Source: an uncultured Candidatus Saccharibacteria bacterium
Lineage (GTDB): Bacteria > Patescibacteriota > Minisyncoccia > Phycocordibacterales > PALSA-1337
DNA length: 64,000 bases
Assembly: GCA_964358005.1 (NCBI GenBank)
Contig: CAYHNH010000001.1
Location: forward strand, 78,775 to 142,774
Direction: 5' to 3'
Part shown: positions 8,070 to 17,569 of the stretch, in pieces
Layout: each line of letters opens with the position of its first letter
Position numbering within the stretch: the first letter of the stretch is position 1
Notes under the pieces: generated by a model
What the model saw: only the letters and a program-made list of their open reading frames with translations
Databases searched by the model: none
What the model was told of the DNA's origin: nothing
Program-made: the position numbers and the translations under genes

Positions 8070-9887
8070 TTATGCCCCCGCCTGTTCTAGGTCGCGCTTG
8101 GCTTTCTCTATCTCCATGACCTGGGCCGGGTTAGTCGTGATGATCTGGTCCTCCGTGTACGAGGCGCGTATCTGGATAGCCACATGTTTCAGTCCTACGA
8201 AGAATATACCCTCGCCCACATCCGACTCGAGCAGGAGGTACTTCTCTTCGTCTGTCAGATTGAACGTCTGTTGGATATGATCGATGATGGTCGGAGACTG
8301 CTTGAGCAGGATCTGGATCGAGGAGTTGGTGAGGATCGGCAGGCCATAAGGCGATTTTAGGAAGTCGTCCACGTCTTGAGTGATAGTGGCCAAGCCCAGG
8401 AAGTATTTGCGGCCGCGCTTGGCCAAACTGTACAGGAATGAAGCCGTATCTTCGGATTTCATCATCCACCAGGCCTCGTCGATGACCAAGAGCCTCTTCT
8501 TGCGGATCTTTCGGATGGCATTCCATATATAGTGCGTGACTATGTACATGGCAACAGGCTTGAGCTCGTCTTCCATGTCGCGTAGGGAGAAGACGATGAA
8601 TTTGTTGTTAATGTCCACATTCGATGGGCGGTTTATGAAGCCCGACCATGTGCCCTTCGTATACTTGGTCAGTCTCTGGACTAGCGAGTCAGCGCCTTCC
8701 ATGCCAGCCAGCACCAGTTCGAAGTCGGACAATAGCGGGGGCTCGATATTGTGGAAATTTGATTCCGGGGAGATGTCTTTGAGGGCGTATGTCTCGGTGA
8801 TGGCTCGGTCGATGATAGCGTCCTCTTCTTGCGACAAACCACCTAGCATGATGCGGAAGAGTCCCACCAAGTTGATGATATTGGAGCGCAATACATCCGA
8901 GCTAGACTCGTCCTCCCCCACTATAGGCAGGTCGAAAGGATTTATGTGGTGCTCGGAGTTAAGCGAGATATTGAAATATTTTCCGCCGGTGGCTTCTGAC
9001 ATGTACTCGTACTCCTTTTCAGGGTCAATGACTATGACATCGCCATCGAACATGAGTGTGCGCAGGATTTCCAGCTTGGTGCAGTAGGACTTACCGGCGC
9101 CGGCCACCGCGAAGGTCACGGAGTTGTAGTTTGCCAGCGAATAACGGTCAAATAGCACCAGCGAGGAGTTGTGGCGGTTTATCCCATAGAGGATGCCCTT
9201 GTCTGATGTGAGGTCGAATGACACGAACGGAAAGACGCTCGAGAGCGGCGAGGAGTTGAGCTTGGAATGCACCATGAGCTGATCATCACAGATCGGAATG
9301 ACGCTCTTGAACCCAGGTTCCTGCTGGAACAGCGCCGGCTTGAGGTACACGAGCTTTGATTCGAGGATGGATTTTATCTCGGACTCGAGCTTATCGAGCT
9401 CGCTCTCATTGTCGGCAAAGATGGTGAGGTATACTCCGACGTCGAAGAGGTGTTCCTGGGCCTGCATGAGCTGATCGCGCAAGGTTTCTAGGTCCTGATA
9501 TGCGGTGTCTAGGGCCGGGTCGCGGACCAGTCCCTTCTCTTCTCTTCTCGATATCTGGCTCTGTACCTCGGCGACCTTTTTCTGGAAATGGCGCAGGATC
9601 CTGGCCGTATCTACGGGATGTATGAATATGGAGGCATTGAATACCTTGTCGAGATTGATGATGGGGGCGAACCAGCTCTCATCCAGGAAGCGCGGGTAGG
9701 ATATGACGAAGAGGGTCCTGCCGACTTTTTCACCCAGGTTAAGCTCCTTGGGGCTTATCTTCAGTGCCGATGGGGCGATGACGTCCTTGAGCTCCAGGAC
9801 TCCTGCCTGATATATCTCCTCCGGAAGTATGGAGATGATGGGCGATTGCTCGTCTTTTTTGCCGAATAGTTTGGATATGAAGCTCAT
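8070..9887 (-). CDS. virB4: Type IV secretion/conjugation ATPase VirB4/TrbE family, C-terminal 605-aa portion including the ATPase domain
   Basis: Walker A AVAGAGKS and Walker B RLLVIDEAWWM are present, plus a VirB4-like linker/membrane-proximal region (VIAPSALKISPKELNLGEKVGRTLFVISYPRFLDESWF). Confidence 0.85.
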   Translation of the reverse strand: MSFISKLFGKKDEQSPIISILPEEIYQAGVLELKDVIAPSALKISPKELNLGEKVGRTLFVISYPRFLDESWFAPIINLDKVFNASIFIHPVDTARILRHFQKKVAEVQSQISRREEKGLVRDPALDTAYQDLETLRDQLMQAQEHLFDVGVYLTIFADNESELDKLESEIKSILESKLVYLKPALFQQEPGFKSVIPICDDQLMVHSKLNSSPLSSVFPFVSFDLTSDKGILYGINRHNSSLVLFDRYSLANYNSVTFAVAGAGKSYCTKLEILRTLMFDGDVIVIDPEKEYEYMSEATGGKYFNISLNSEHHINPFDLPIVGEDESSSDVLRSNIINLVGLFRIMLGGLSQEEDAIIDRAITETYALKDISPESNFHNIEPPLLSDFELVLAGMEGADSLVQRLTKYTKGTWSGFINRPSNVDINNKFIVFSLRDMEDELKPVAMYIVTHYIWNAIRKIRKKRLLVIDEAWWMMKSEDTASFLYSLAKRGRKYFLGLATITQDVDDFLKSPYGLPILTNSSIQILLKQSPTIIDHIQQTFNLTDEEKYLLLESDVGEGIFFVGLKHVAIQIRASYTEDQIITTNPAQVMEIEKAKRDLEQAGA

Positions 9888-10525
9888 GTTAGTTGTATCG
9901 GCTTCTCTGTTTCGCCTGGGTTAAAGATCTTGTAGAACAATTCTACCACTTCCTCGGTGCCAAGCTCGGCCGTGCGGATGCCACAGCGCACCAGACCCTG
10001 CTCTACTACGGCCACTCTTTGCTCTAGCTGGCTCTTGTATTCCTGGAATTTCTCCTCGGCGGAGGCGGTCTCCTTTTGGGTGGCTTCCCTCTGGGGCATC
10101 ATCCTGGATATGGGGTTTTTGCCGGCGCCCATGATCGGCGGGTCGTAGGGCACGACCACAAAAAAGCCCTTGGACATGATGTTGGTTGTTTCGACGAACG
10201 TTTTTATGAATTCTATGTACTCTCGGACCTGTATCTTCATGAGCTCAGTAGGCTGTTCCTTGTATCTGTCCTCGAGGAGAGCTATGTACGGCCTGATATC
10301 TAGCTTTTTCGACTGTATGTATATCTGTATCGAGAAATCGAGCGAGTTCAGGAAGTTCTGGAACTGCAAAAGTATGGCGCTCTGTTCGTCTGAGGACTTC
10401 AGGGCGAAGTTTAGCGAAGTCGCGAGGACGAGCGCGCGCATGCCGCCGCTCTTCAAGATGACGACCCCATCGCGTATCTCCTGGATGGGAACGAAGTTCT
10501 GGGTTGTCTGGGTTTGTGAAGCCAT
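9884..10525 (-). CDS. VirB4 N-terminal domain encoded as a separate 213-aa ORF
   Basis: FVPIQEIRDGVVILKSGGMRALVLATSLNFALKSSDEQSAILLQFQNFLNSLDFSIQIYIQSKK matches the N-terminal domain pattern of Gram-positive-type VirB4 (PrgJ/TcpF/Orf16-like). Its stop overlaps the downstream start as ATGA at 9884..9887. Confidence 0.6.
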   Translation of the reverse strand: MASQTQTTQNFVPIQEIRDGVVILKSGGMRALVLATSLNFALKSSDEQSAILLQFQNFLNSLDFSIQIYIQSKKLDIRPYIALLEDRYKEQPTELMKIQVREYIEFIKTFVETTNIMSKGFFVVVPYDPPIMGAGKNPISRMMPQREATQKETASAEEKFQEYKSQLEQRVAVVEQGLVRCGIRTAELGTEEVVELFYKIFNPGETEKPIQLT

Positions 10526-10959
10526 CAGCGTTGGTCTTTGTTAGAGTATATGCTCTCCTTTATATCTAGGCTCCATGAGAGGTCCTTCAGTTTGCTGTCC
10601 GAGATCTTGGGGACCATTATCGAGGCGTAATTCTTGGCCTGCTTCACTGCCTCCGCGGTCGTCGGTGGCTGGGGTTTGGGCTCTTTCTTCCATATATATA
10701 GTTTGGCTCCGAGCCAGAACCTTATTGCCGCTTCTAGCACTCCGATGAGCGGCTTGTTGTTCACCTTGTAGAAGGCTAAGGAGAGCGATAGCGCCATGAC
10801 TATCACTATAGGCAGTAATGACAGGATTATGCTGTTCAGCATGAAGTAGATCACGAATGAGAGCCCTGCTCCTCCAGCGACGTAGATGAATTGCTTCAAC
10901 GTCAGTGGGCCAAAGATCTTGTCCTCTACTTCTATGAATTGAGGTACCTGAAATCGCAT
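10525..10959 (-). CDS. PrgI/VirB3-like small membrane protein
   Basis: 144 aa. The N-terminus MRFQVPQFIEVEDKIFGPLTLKQFIYVAGGAGLSFVIYF has the PrgI-family pattern (F.EKI.G.LT.RQ), followed by two TM helices. It sits immediately upstream of VirB4. Confidence 0.5.
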   Translation of the reverse strand: MRFQVPQFIEVEDKIFGPLTLKQFIYVAGGAGLSFVIYFMLNSIILSLLPIVIVMALSLSLAFYKVNNKPLIGVLEAAIRFWLGAKLYIWKKEPKPQPPTTAEAVKQAKNYASIMVPKISDSKLKDLSWSLDIKESIYSNKDQR

Positions 10960-11008
10960 CTAGGATATTATAGCGACAAGCGAGGACCAAAGCGAGCGCT
11001 TGCGCTCA

Positions 11009-11626
11009 CTAGACCAATGGTTCCCTGTAGGGGTCGCCGCTCGTCGAAGCTCCTGGTACTGCCGGGCTCGGCTTCTGTGTCACTTTTTCGGTAGGAACGG
11101 CGGTCGAACTGCGTAGGAGCTGTTCGACGAGGGATTCCCTTTTCTGTTCTGGTGCCGTGGTTGGTGCCTGCGGTGCGCTTCTAGGGGCCGTCGGTTGCGG
11201 GTTTTCGAGGCCTTCCAGCACGTCTTTGCGGTTTATCGGTACGATTGAGCCGTCATCAGCCTGGGGATTCCCAACGGCTGGCGTTTTCTCTATCGTGAAG
11301 TCGCCGGCCTGTTCGAGTGCCTTGTTGCCTTCGGTACTTGTAAGCTCGGTACCCTGTAGTTCCTCACGGAATACCTTTATGAGTTCTTCGTTCACGCTTT
11401 GGGTTATGCCATCTGCTGTTTCTGAATCAATTTTAAGTAAGTCGGTTATGTTCTGGGTGAAGTCTGCTGGTTGGCTCAAGCCCAAAAGGATCTTCTTTAT
11501 CTCTACGTCTAGCTCTCCCAATTGATCAAGGTTAAGACCGAACTTTTCACCAACGGATTCGACTGCCGTGTATATCCGGGGGTCCCGAGACAAGTTTTTT
11601 ATGCCGCCTATTGTTTGTGGGTTCAT
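11009..11626 (-). CDS. Acidic hypothetical protein within the T4SS-like locus
   Basis: A 205-aa ORF on the same strand, between the VirB6-like and PrgI-like genes. No recognisable motif. Confidence 0.4.
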   Translation of the reverse strand: MNPQTIGGIKNLSRDPRIYTAVESVGEKFGLNLDQLGELDVEIKKILLGLSQPADFTQNITDLLKIDSETADGITQSVNEELIKVFREELQGTELTSTEGNKALEQAGDFTIEKTPAVGNPQADDGSIVPINRKDVLEGLENPQPTAPRSAPQAPTTAPEQKRESLVEQLLRSSTAVPTEKVTQKPSPAVPGASTSGDPYREPLV

Positions 11627-11633
11627 ATTTTTA

Positions 11634-13571
11634 TCATAACCAATCGCTATTTGAAGGCTTGTTCACAAAGCCTTCTGCTTTGTGTGGGAGTCTCGGTCCT
11701 GCCGGACCAACTCGCCAGCCACTAATCTTGTTGCCGATGGCCTTCTTCAGAACAGTGTCGATGCCTTCATCCCCCATCGCCTTTAGCTGTCCTGCCGTAA
11801 GGTGCTCTATCACTTTTTCATCCTCAAGGAGAGATGGTCCAGGTACCCTGGAGGTGACATCCAGGAGGTCCTTTCCGTTCATTTCGCCCGTCATGTGCTT
11901 TATTTGCTCGGTCTCTTCCCTCGTTACGGAATCCTCAAGGGCCTTGCCTCTGAGATCCAATATCTTGTTCTTATCTTCATCAGAAATGTCCTCAGATTTT
12001 GCGATCGAGGCAAAATCTTCTCGGCTGGCGTGCTTGAGTATCTGCATGACTGCGTCATCGTCCTTTTCTTTTAGTTTTGCCGTTATCGCGCCAGTCTTTT
12101 CCTTGGTGCTCATGACGCTGACTACCGTCTTCAGGTCGGCGTGAGTGCCAGTACGAGCCATGACAGCATTGAGTTTGCTATTGAAGTTGTTCTTCCTATC
12201 GATGATCTTGCCCTCCTTGCTAACCTCCTTCTGCTCCTTCTGGCGTTCCTCATGCGATCTCATGCCACCCATCTTGCTCTTGGCCAGAGCGCCGGTGGTA
12301 GCTCCTCGTATGTCGCGTGCCAGGAGAGTGTTCCCGAGTTTTGTACCCGCCATTGCCTTGTCTAGCCTTGCTGCCCCAGCTCCGATTGTCTTGGTACCAG
12401 CATAGCCACCAATAGTGCTCCAGACCTTGCCGGCACCGAACTTATCTGCAGCCTTATTTAGTATCGATATAGTCTTGCCCGCTATGCTGGCCGCCGCAAC
12501 CAAGGGAAGGTTGAGCAGGAAAATGACGATGGTGGCATTGACTGCTAGGAGCATGTATTCTCTGTACCAAGGAGCCGCGCTCACGGCTGCCGTCGTGCTT
12601 TGCGGGTCGAACATCGGCGTGGTCGTGAGGACATTCAAGGCCAGATACATGAGTAGCAGGTACACGGGCATGAACAGCAGCATGCTCTTGTAGAGATCCC
12701 ACCACTTGCCAGCGTAGGTTTTCACCTCTGGGGCCAAGAAAGAGATGAAATATACTGGCGAGAATGCCAAGAGGAACAGCAGGATGACGAATCGGGCGAT
12801 GAAGGCAAATGCCGCGGCGGCAAAGCTTATCGTAGCCACGAATTCTATGATGATGCCTATTATACCGACCATGATTATTTTGAAAGTATCGTTGAACAGT
12901 CCAGTGGTACCGTTGCTCGATCCTAGCCCGGATGCCGCGTTGCTGGCCGAGAAGTCATAGAGCTTGGTTATCTTCAGTGAGTTCATGAATATATCGGAAA
13001 GGCCGCCGTCTCGTATGAGAACGCCGTTTTCGAGGCCAATCTGCTCGTTGCCGAGAGCCATCCCACCGGTTGCCGTATTCGCTGGAGCGATAGCGTTGTA
13101 GAGCTGCATGGAAACTATGTTCGACGCGTCTATGCCGAGACCCGTGAGGAAGAAGCTGAAGTTGATCAGGATGCCGGCCATGACGATGTTCTTTATGAGC
13201 TCCTTGAACTTCGGATCCTGCAGTCCGAGGATGAGCTGGACGGAGGCGTAGAGCAGGAAGAAGATTATGAATATGCCGCTTATGTCCCGGATCGCCTTCC
13301 AGGTCGTATATATGGCTGGCGCATTGTCTACGAAAGCTTTTATATTGAGCGTGAGCCTGATCGAAACGTTGAGGAGGAAGCCGGCGATGGCCAATATCCA
13401 GCTCATTATCTTTAGTCCTGTGTTGAAGAACATGGCGACGAGCTCATTGAAGGTGCCGTATGCGATATTGAAGAGGCTCCACTGCGCATGTGCCTGGTGG
13501 GTGGTCGCCACGAAGACAACAAATGCCAGGAGTAGGACGGCGCCGATTTTTATGAGGTGTTTCTTCTTCAT
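11634..13571 (-). CDS. VirB6/TrbL-like polytopic membrane protein with a long hydrophilic C-terminal tail
   Basis: Likely start MKKKHLIKIGAVLLLAFVVFV (signal/anchor), then at least 6 TM helices and a charged C-terminal region of about 250 aa. Architecture and position match VirB6-family channel proteins. Confidence 0.55.
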   Translation of the reverse strand: MKKKHLIKIGAVLLLAFVVFVATTHQAHAQWSLFNIAYGTFNELVAMFFNTGLKIMSWILAIAGFLLNVSIRLTLNIKAFVDNAPAIYTTWKAIRDISGIFIIFFLLYASVQLILGLQDPKFKELIKNIVMAGILINFSFFLTGLGIDASNIVSMQLYNAIAPANTATGGMALGNEQIGLENGVLIRDGGLSDIFMNSLKITKLYDFSASNAASGLGSSNGTTGLFNDTFKIIMVGIIGIIIEFVATISFAAAAFAFIARFVILLFLLAFSPVYFISFLAPEVKTYAGKWWDLYKSMLLFMPVYLLLMYLALNVLTTTPMFDPQSTTAAVSAAPWYREYMLLAVNATIVIFLLNLPLVAAASIAGKTISILNKAADKFGAGKVWSTIGGYAGTKTIGAGAARLDKAMAGTKLGNTLLARDIRGATTGALAKSKMGGMRSHEERQKEQKEVSKEGKIIDRKNNFNSKLNAVMARTGTHADLKTVVSVMSTKEKTGAITAKLKEKDDDAVMQILKHASREDFASIAKSEDISDEDKNKILDLRGKALEDSVTREETEQIKHMTGEMNGKDLLDVTSRVPGPSLLEDEKVIEHLTAGQLKAMGDEGIDTVLKKAIGNKISGWRVGPAGPRLPHKAEGFVNKPSNSDWL

Positions 13572-13575
13572 GTTT

Positions 13576-15096
13576 TTACAGGCGGTCACATGCTGTCTGG
13601 AATGCGGCGGCATCGGCGGTGAATGTTACTACGCGACCTCTGACATAGTTCAGGTCTGACTGGGAGGAGGTAACCAATGCCGCGACGTTCGATCCAGATA
13701 GGAATTGGCTGAGGCCATTGACCTGAGTGTTTATGTTTTGAGCTACCTGATCGATCGGATTATTTCCAATTACAGACGGTGGTGTGGATAGACGAATGAC
13801 TATGTAATCTCGCCTACTGGTCAATTCGTTAATAAAACTGCCCACCTCGTATTGTTGTGTCGCTATCAGGCTGAGGTTTGTCTGGGCGTCTTGTATCTTC
13901 TGTTGGGTCTGGCTGATGCCTAGTTTTCCTGTAAAGCACGCCTGTGCTTGGCTGTATTTGGTGTAGGCTTCGTTTACCAGGACGATGGCGTCATCGTAGT
14001 TTCTCTTAGCCATGCTTAAAGCACCCGCATCTGGATTGGAGCCATCGCCTGTCCCTCCTGTTGGGGTTAACGTGTTCGCATATACCTGTTGTAGGTACAA
14101 TCTCCCGCTTCCAGGTCCAGATGATCCGGAGCTCATAGCGTAAAGTCCTCTTTGCAGAGTCTTGGTTACAAGTTGCGATACGAGCGCGCTCACCACAGCG
14201 TTTATGTTGTCAGCGAGCTCGAGCTGTCTTGCCGGAGACTGGAGAGAGCTGTTCAATGATGCTTCTATGACAGAGCCAGGTGTTTTGTATTGGCACTTCT
14301 GCAGGTGGCCGTCCGGTCCGTCCTTGTAGGCTACACCGCCCGAGGAAGTCCCCCTGTAATTTCCGGCCTCTTCATCGGATATCCCGGCGTCTTCACATGA
14401 TTCCCATGAGAGAAAGCCTTTTCCCTGTATAAGGTCGCTCTGCACAAAGGCTTTCTTTTGTGAGACAGCGAACATCTGGTCGCTCCTTGCCATAAGGATG
14501 GTTCCTATCGGATTGTTCTGGTCCTCTGTTGTTAACGCAATGAAGGCTGGCCAGCCACCCTGCTTGAAATCTCCTTTTATGAAGCCGTCTATGCTCGCGC
14601 CGTTGACGTAACTGCCCTGATAGTTGTCTATGACGGTGCTTAGAGTGCAGGTATATTTTCGACGATTTGGCATACCGTCACCGGGGGTTTCAAGCTGTTG
14701 GATAGCTAGGGCGACCTTTATGTCTACGCTCCAAGGCGAGCACAGCCTTTTGAGCGGGCCGCTGTCTGAGATGAATTGACCGGTGAGCTGGTCAGCCGCG
14801 TCTAGGAAAAATCCTTCAGGATTAGTGAGGAATGAAGGCTTGCCCTTGAAGCCAGTGTTGATCCAATTAACCACGGACACTGTCATCTGATTCAGGACCT
14901 GCTTGGCTGCCATGTAGGCTAGTCTATCGCCGAGGAAATCCTTCCAGTTTCTCGCCTGATTAAAAAAGGCGTTGGCGATACCTGTCGGGCTAGTATCGCC
15001 GACCTGGAGGGTGGCGAGCTGCGCGTTTGCGATCTGCGAATTGGTTGTAAAAATAATACAGGAAATAATCAAAAACACCGTTGCGAGGTATTTCAT
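13576..15096 (-). CDS. Secreted hypothetical protein (likely start MKYLATVFLIISCIIFTTNSQIANAQ)
   Basis: Signal peptide, then a soluble Gly/Ser/Thr-rich domain with several Cys. Same strand, between the VirB6-like gene and rsmA. Confidence 0.5.
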   Translation of the reverse strand: MKYLATVFLIISCIIFTTNSQIANAQLATLQVGDTSPTGIANAFFNQARNWKDFLGDRLAYMAAKQVLNQMTVSVVNWINTGFKGKPSFLTNPEGFFLDAADQLTGQFISDSGPLKRLCSPWSVDIKVALAIQQLETPGDGMPNRRKYTCTLSTVIDNYQGSYVNGASIDGFIKGDFKQGGWPAFIALTTEDQNNPIGTILMARSDQMFAVSQKKAFVQSDLIQGKGFLSWESCEDAGISDEEAGNYRGTSSGGVAYKDGPDGHLQKCQYKTPGSVIEASLNSSLQSPARQLELADNINAVVSALVSQLVTKTLQRGLYAMSSGSSGPGSGRLYLQQVYANTLTPTGGTGDGSNPDAGALSMAKRNYDDAIVLVNEAYTKYSQAQACFTGKLGISQTQQKIQDAQTNLSLIATQQYEVGSFINELTSRRDYIVIRLSTPPSVIGNNPIDQVAQNINTQVNGLSQFLSGSNVAALVTSSQSDLNYVRGRVVTFTADAAAFQTACDRL

Positions 15097-15136
15097 GGGT
15101 GCACGGGGTTTTCTGTTTTGTATATTTACCATGTGT

Positions 15137-15976
15137 TTACGAGCCTATTCGGACTCCTGCCATCAGTAGATAGTCGTTAACCTCATAAAGAAGGCTGGCT
15201 ATATTCTGCATCGCTGCCACCCCGAGGCTGATTCCAGCTAATCCGCTTACAGGGTCTGTGTCTATGCGCCTTATCGCTTCAGCGTTGTGAATCGCCAGAC
15301 TTACGTTGTTCATCAGCTCCAGATGATATTTGGCAAGAGGGATCGGGGTATTTATAGTCTTGAGCGAAGCCAGGAGACTCTTGTAGTCTTCGATGATGGG
15401 GTCGATCTTTTTTAAGATGAGCATGTCGTTGGTCGTAAGCGCCTCCGTAGCTATCTGTGCCTCATTCTCTTTCGGCATGTGAGAACCAAATGTATTTGTT
15501 AAGACTTTGCCATAGTCATTCAATGCTACTGTGGTGCTCGCCGATAGTTTGATGTCTGAGATCGAAAATGTTTTAGGTAAAGGCAGTTTTGCTAGCGCTT
15601 CGGCCGTGACTTGACCCATGATGCTTGCAACGGAATCGGCGTCCGCGATAAGCCCTGATTGTTGTAACTCTTCATATTTGGTGAGGAATGATCGTCCGAG
15701 AAGGTCGGTGGCTGTAAGTTTTTCCGGTTCATTCGGCGTGGCCTTTGCCGGGCTCTTAAAAGTCGTGCTAGTAGAGTTTTTGTCTATGAATTGTTGCCGC
15801 CAGTTCGTATTTTCTGGAAGAGCTTCCGGCGTCGCCAGTGATATGCCGACGAGCTCGCTGCCTATCGGTGCTTTTATTCCTGATGAATCACCGCGGACGT
15901 AGAAAGCCACGCCTCCCACAGCGAGGATGCATACGACAAGAATCACGACGGTTTGCTTGCGTGGGTATACGGCCAT
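15137..15976 (-). CDS. Membrane-anchored hypothetical protein
   Basis: Single N-terminal TM helix (VVILVVCILAVGGVAFYV) and an extracytoplasmic alpha-rich domain. It is the first gene of the T4SS-like block. Confidence 0.5.
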   Translation of the reverse strand: MAVYPRKQTVVILVVCILAVGGVAFYVRGDSSGIKAPIGSELVGISLATPEALPENTNWRQQFIDKNSTSTTFKSPAKATPNEPEKLTATDLLGRSFLTKYEELQQSGLIADADSVASIMGQVTAEALAKLPLPKTFSISDIKLSASTTVALNDYGKVLTNTFGSHMPKENEAQIATEALTTNDMLILKKIDPIIEDYKSLLASLKTINTPIPLAKYHLELMNNVSLAIHNAEAIRRIDTDPVSGLAGISLGVAAMQNIASLLYEVNDYLLMAGVRIGS

Positions 15977-16023
15977 ATTCCTGGGGGAATTATAGCAAGA
16001 TTGGCTTGAAATAAGGCCGAAAG

Positions 16024-16812
16024 TTATTCACACAACAAGTCGAACCACTGCTTGAGAGTGAGATCTTCAGCCCGGACCTTCGGGTTGAGGTAAATTTTTG
16101 CAAATTTTTGATCGATTTTGTCCAAGTCCATCTCTTTCAGGTTGCTTATCAGGAGTTTTCTCTTATGCGCAAACCCGGCCTTTACGATATCGAAGAATCT
16201 CCTTATTTCTAGGCCTTTTTCGGTAAACAAGCGGTCAGATATGTCCTCGATGGACAGTATCGCCGAGTCCACGTTTGGCGGCGGATTGAATGCTCCCCTT
16301 GGGACCTTCGCGGCTATACGGGGCGTCCCGAAGGCCTTGACCGAGATCGAGAGGATGCTTTCCTTGCCGTTTCTCGCAACGATCCTATCAGCCACTTCCT
16401 TCTGGACTAATAGCACCATCCTGTTCGGTCGTGGACCGTATTCTAGGAATGATTCCAGAATAGCTCCTGTTATGTAGTAAGGAATATTCGCGACCACTGC
16501 GTATCCTCCCTCTTCGAAGCCCATCTTTGCTCGGTCCGTCTCCAGGATATCCGCAGAGTGGACCGTCAGGTTGCCCGAGGCGATCTCGGAAGCGAATTTT
16601 TCCCTGAGCAGGACGTTTGCGCGGTCATCTTTTTCCACAGCTATCACTTTTACTCCGCTTTTTAGCAGTGCACCGGTTAGCACACCTGTACCCGGACCGA
16701 TCTCGAGCACAACCTCCCCATTTTTCAGGTTGGCCGTCTCGATGATCTTCGCCAGCGCTGAAGGCGAATTGAGAAAATGTTGTCCCAGAGATTTTTTTGG
16801 TTGAAGATGCAT
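16024..16812 (-). CDS. rsmA: 16S rRNA (adenine1518-N6/adenine1519-N6)-dimethyltransferase
   Basis: LGQHFLNSPSALAKII, VLEIGPGTGVLT (SAM motif) and ANIPYYIT (NIPY substrate motif). Confidence 0.9.
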   Translation of the reverse strand: MHLQPKKSLGQHFLNSPSALAKIIETANLKNGEVVLEIGPGTGVLTGALLKSGVKVIAVEKDDRANVLLREKFASEIASGNLTVHSADILETDRAKMGFEEGGYAVVANIPYYITGAILESFLEYGPRPNRMVLLVQKEVADRIVARNGKESILSISVKAFGTPRIAAKVPRGAFNPPPNVDSAILSIEDISDRLFTEKGLEIRRFFDIVKAGFAHKRKLLISNLKEMDLDKIDQKFAKIYLNPKVRAEDLTLKQWFDLLCE

Positions 16813-16819
16813 GTGCGTG

Positions 16820-17566
16820 TTAAAAATCTATGAAAATAGCCTTGGCTCCAGTCGGTTTGGGAGGGATGCTGTCCTCGATGAGGTTCTTTTCGATGTCCTC
16901 GATGAACTCTGAAGGGGTATTGACCCTCTCGGTGCCGTAGATTTTCCTGACGAGCGAGTAGCTCAAGTGGATTTTTTTCCGAGCACGGGTCAGAGCTACA
17001 TAGAACAGTCTCCGTTCCTCCTCTGCCTCGTGCTGGCTCATGTCCCCGTCATCGGAATGCTTGAATGGGAAAAGGTCTTGTTCCAGTCCGGCTATGAACA
17101 CGTGGTCGAACTCGAGGCCTTTGGCCGCGTGCACGGTCATCAGTTTGACTGAGTCGGTATTCTCGTTGAGCTCGTCCTGATCGGTGGCGAGCGCCGCGTT
17201 CGTCAGGAATGCCTCGATGCCTTCCTCTGGCTTCAGGTGGTCGTACTGCGATGCTACGGAGACGAGCTCACGGACGTTAAGCAGGCGATCCTCATCCTCC
17301 ATATCTCCAGAAAGCAAAATCTTCTCAATGCCGCTTTCCTGGATGATGAAACGGATGACATCCGATGCCTTCTTTTCCTTTATCTCCTCGCGTATGTCAG
17401 AGAGGAGCTTCCTGAAATCGGCTATCTTGTCGCGCATGCCCGGAGGGAGAGAGTCCTCTTCCCCGCCGACGATCTTCGCTAGCGTCACCTTGCCGATGCC
17501 TCGAGGTGGCACGTTTATTATACGGCTAATGTCAGCCACGCTTTCTGGATTTAAGGATGCCTTCAC
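16820..17566 (-). CDS. uvrD: UvrD/PcrA-family helicase, C-terminal fragment (2B/2A domains); starts at a GTG three nt after an in-frame TAA
   Basis: ISRIINVPPRGIGKVTLAKI, VKLMTVHAAKGLEFDHVFIAGLEQDLFP and RRLFYVALTRARKKIHLSY are the conserved helicase motifs V/VI region. Confidence 0.7.
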   Translation of the reverse strand: MKASLNPESVADISRIINVPPRGIGKVTLAKIVGGEEDSLPPGMRDKIADFRKLLSDIREEIKEKKASDVIRFIIQESGIEKILLSGDMEDEDRLLNVRELVSVASQYDHLKPEEGIEAFLTNAALATDQDELNENTDSVKLMTVHAAKGLEFDHVFIAGLEQDLFPFKHSDDGDMSQHEAEEERRLFYVALTRARKKIHLSYSLVRKIYGTERVNTPSEFIEDIEKNLIEDSIPPKPTGAKAIFIDF

Positions 17567-17569
17567 GTA

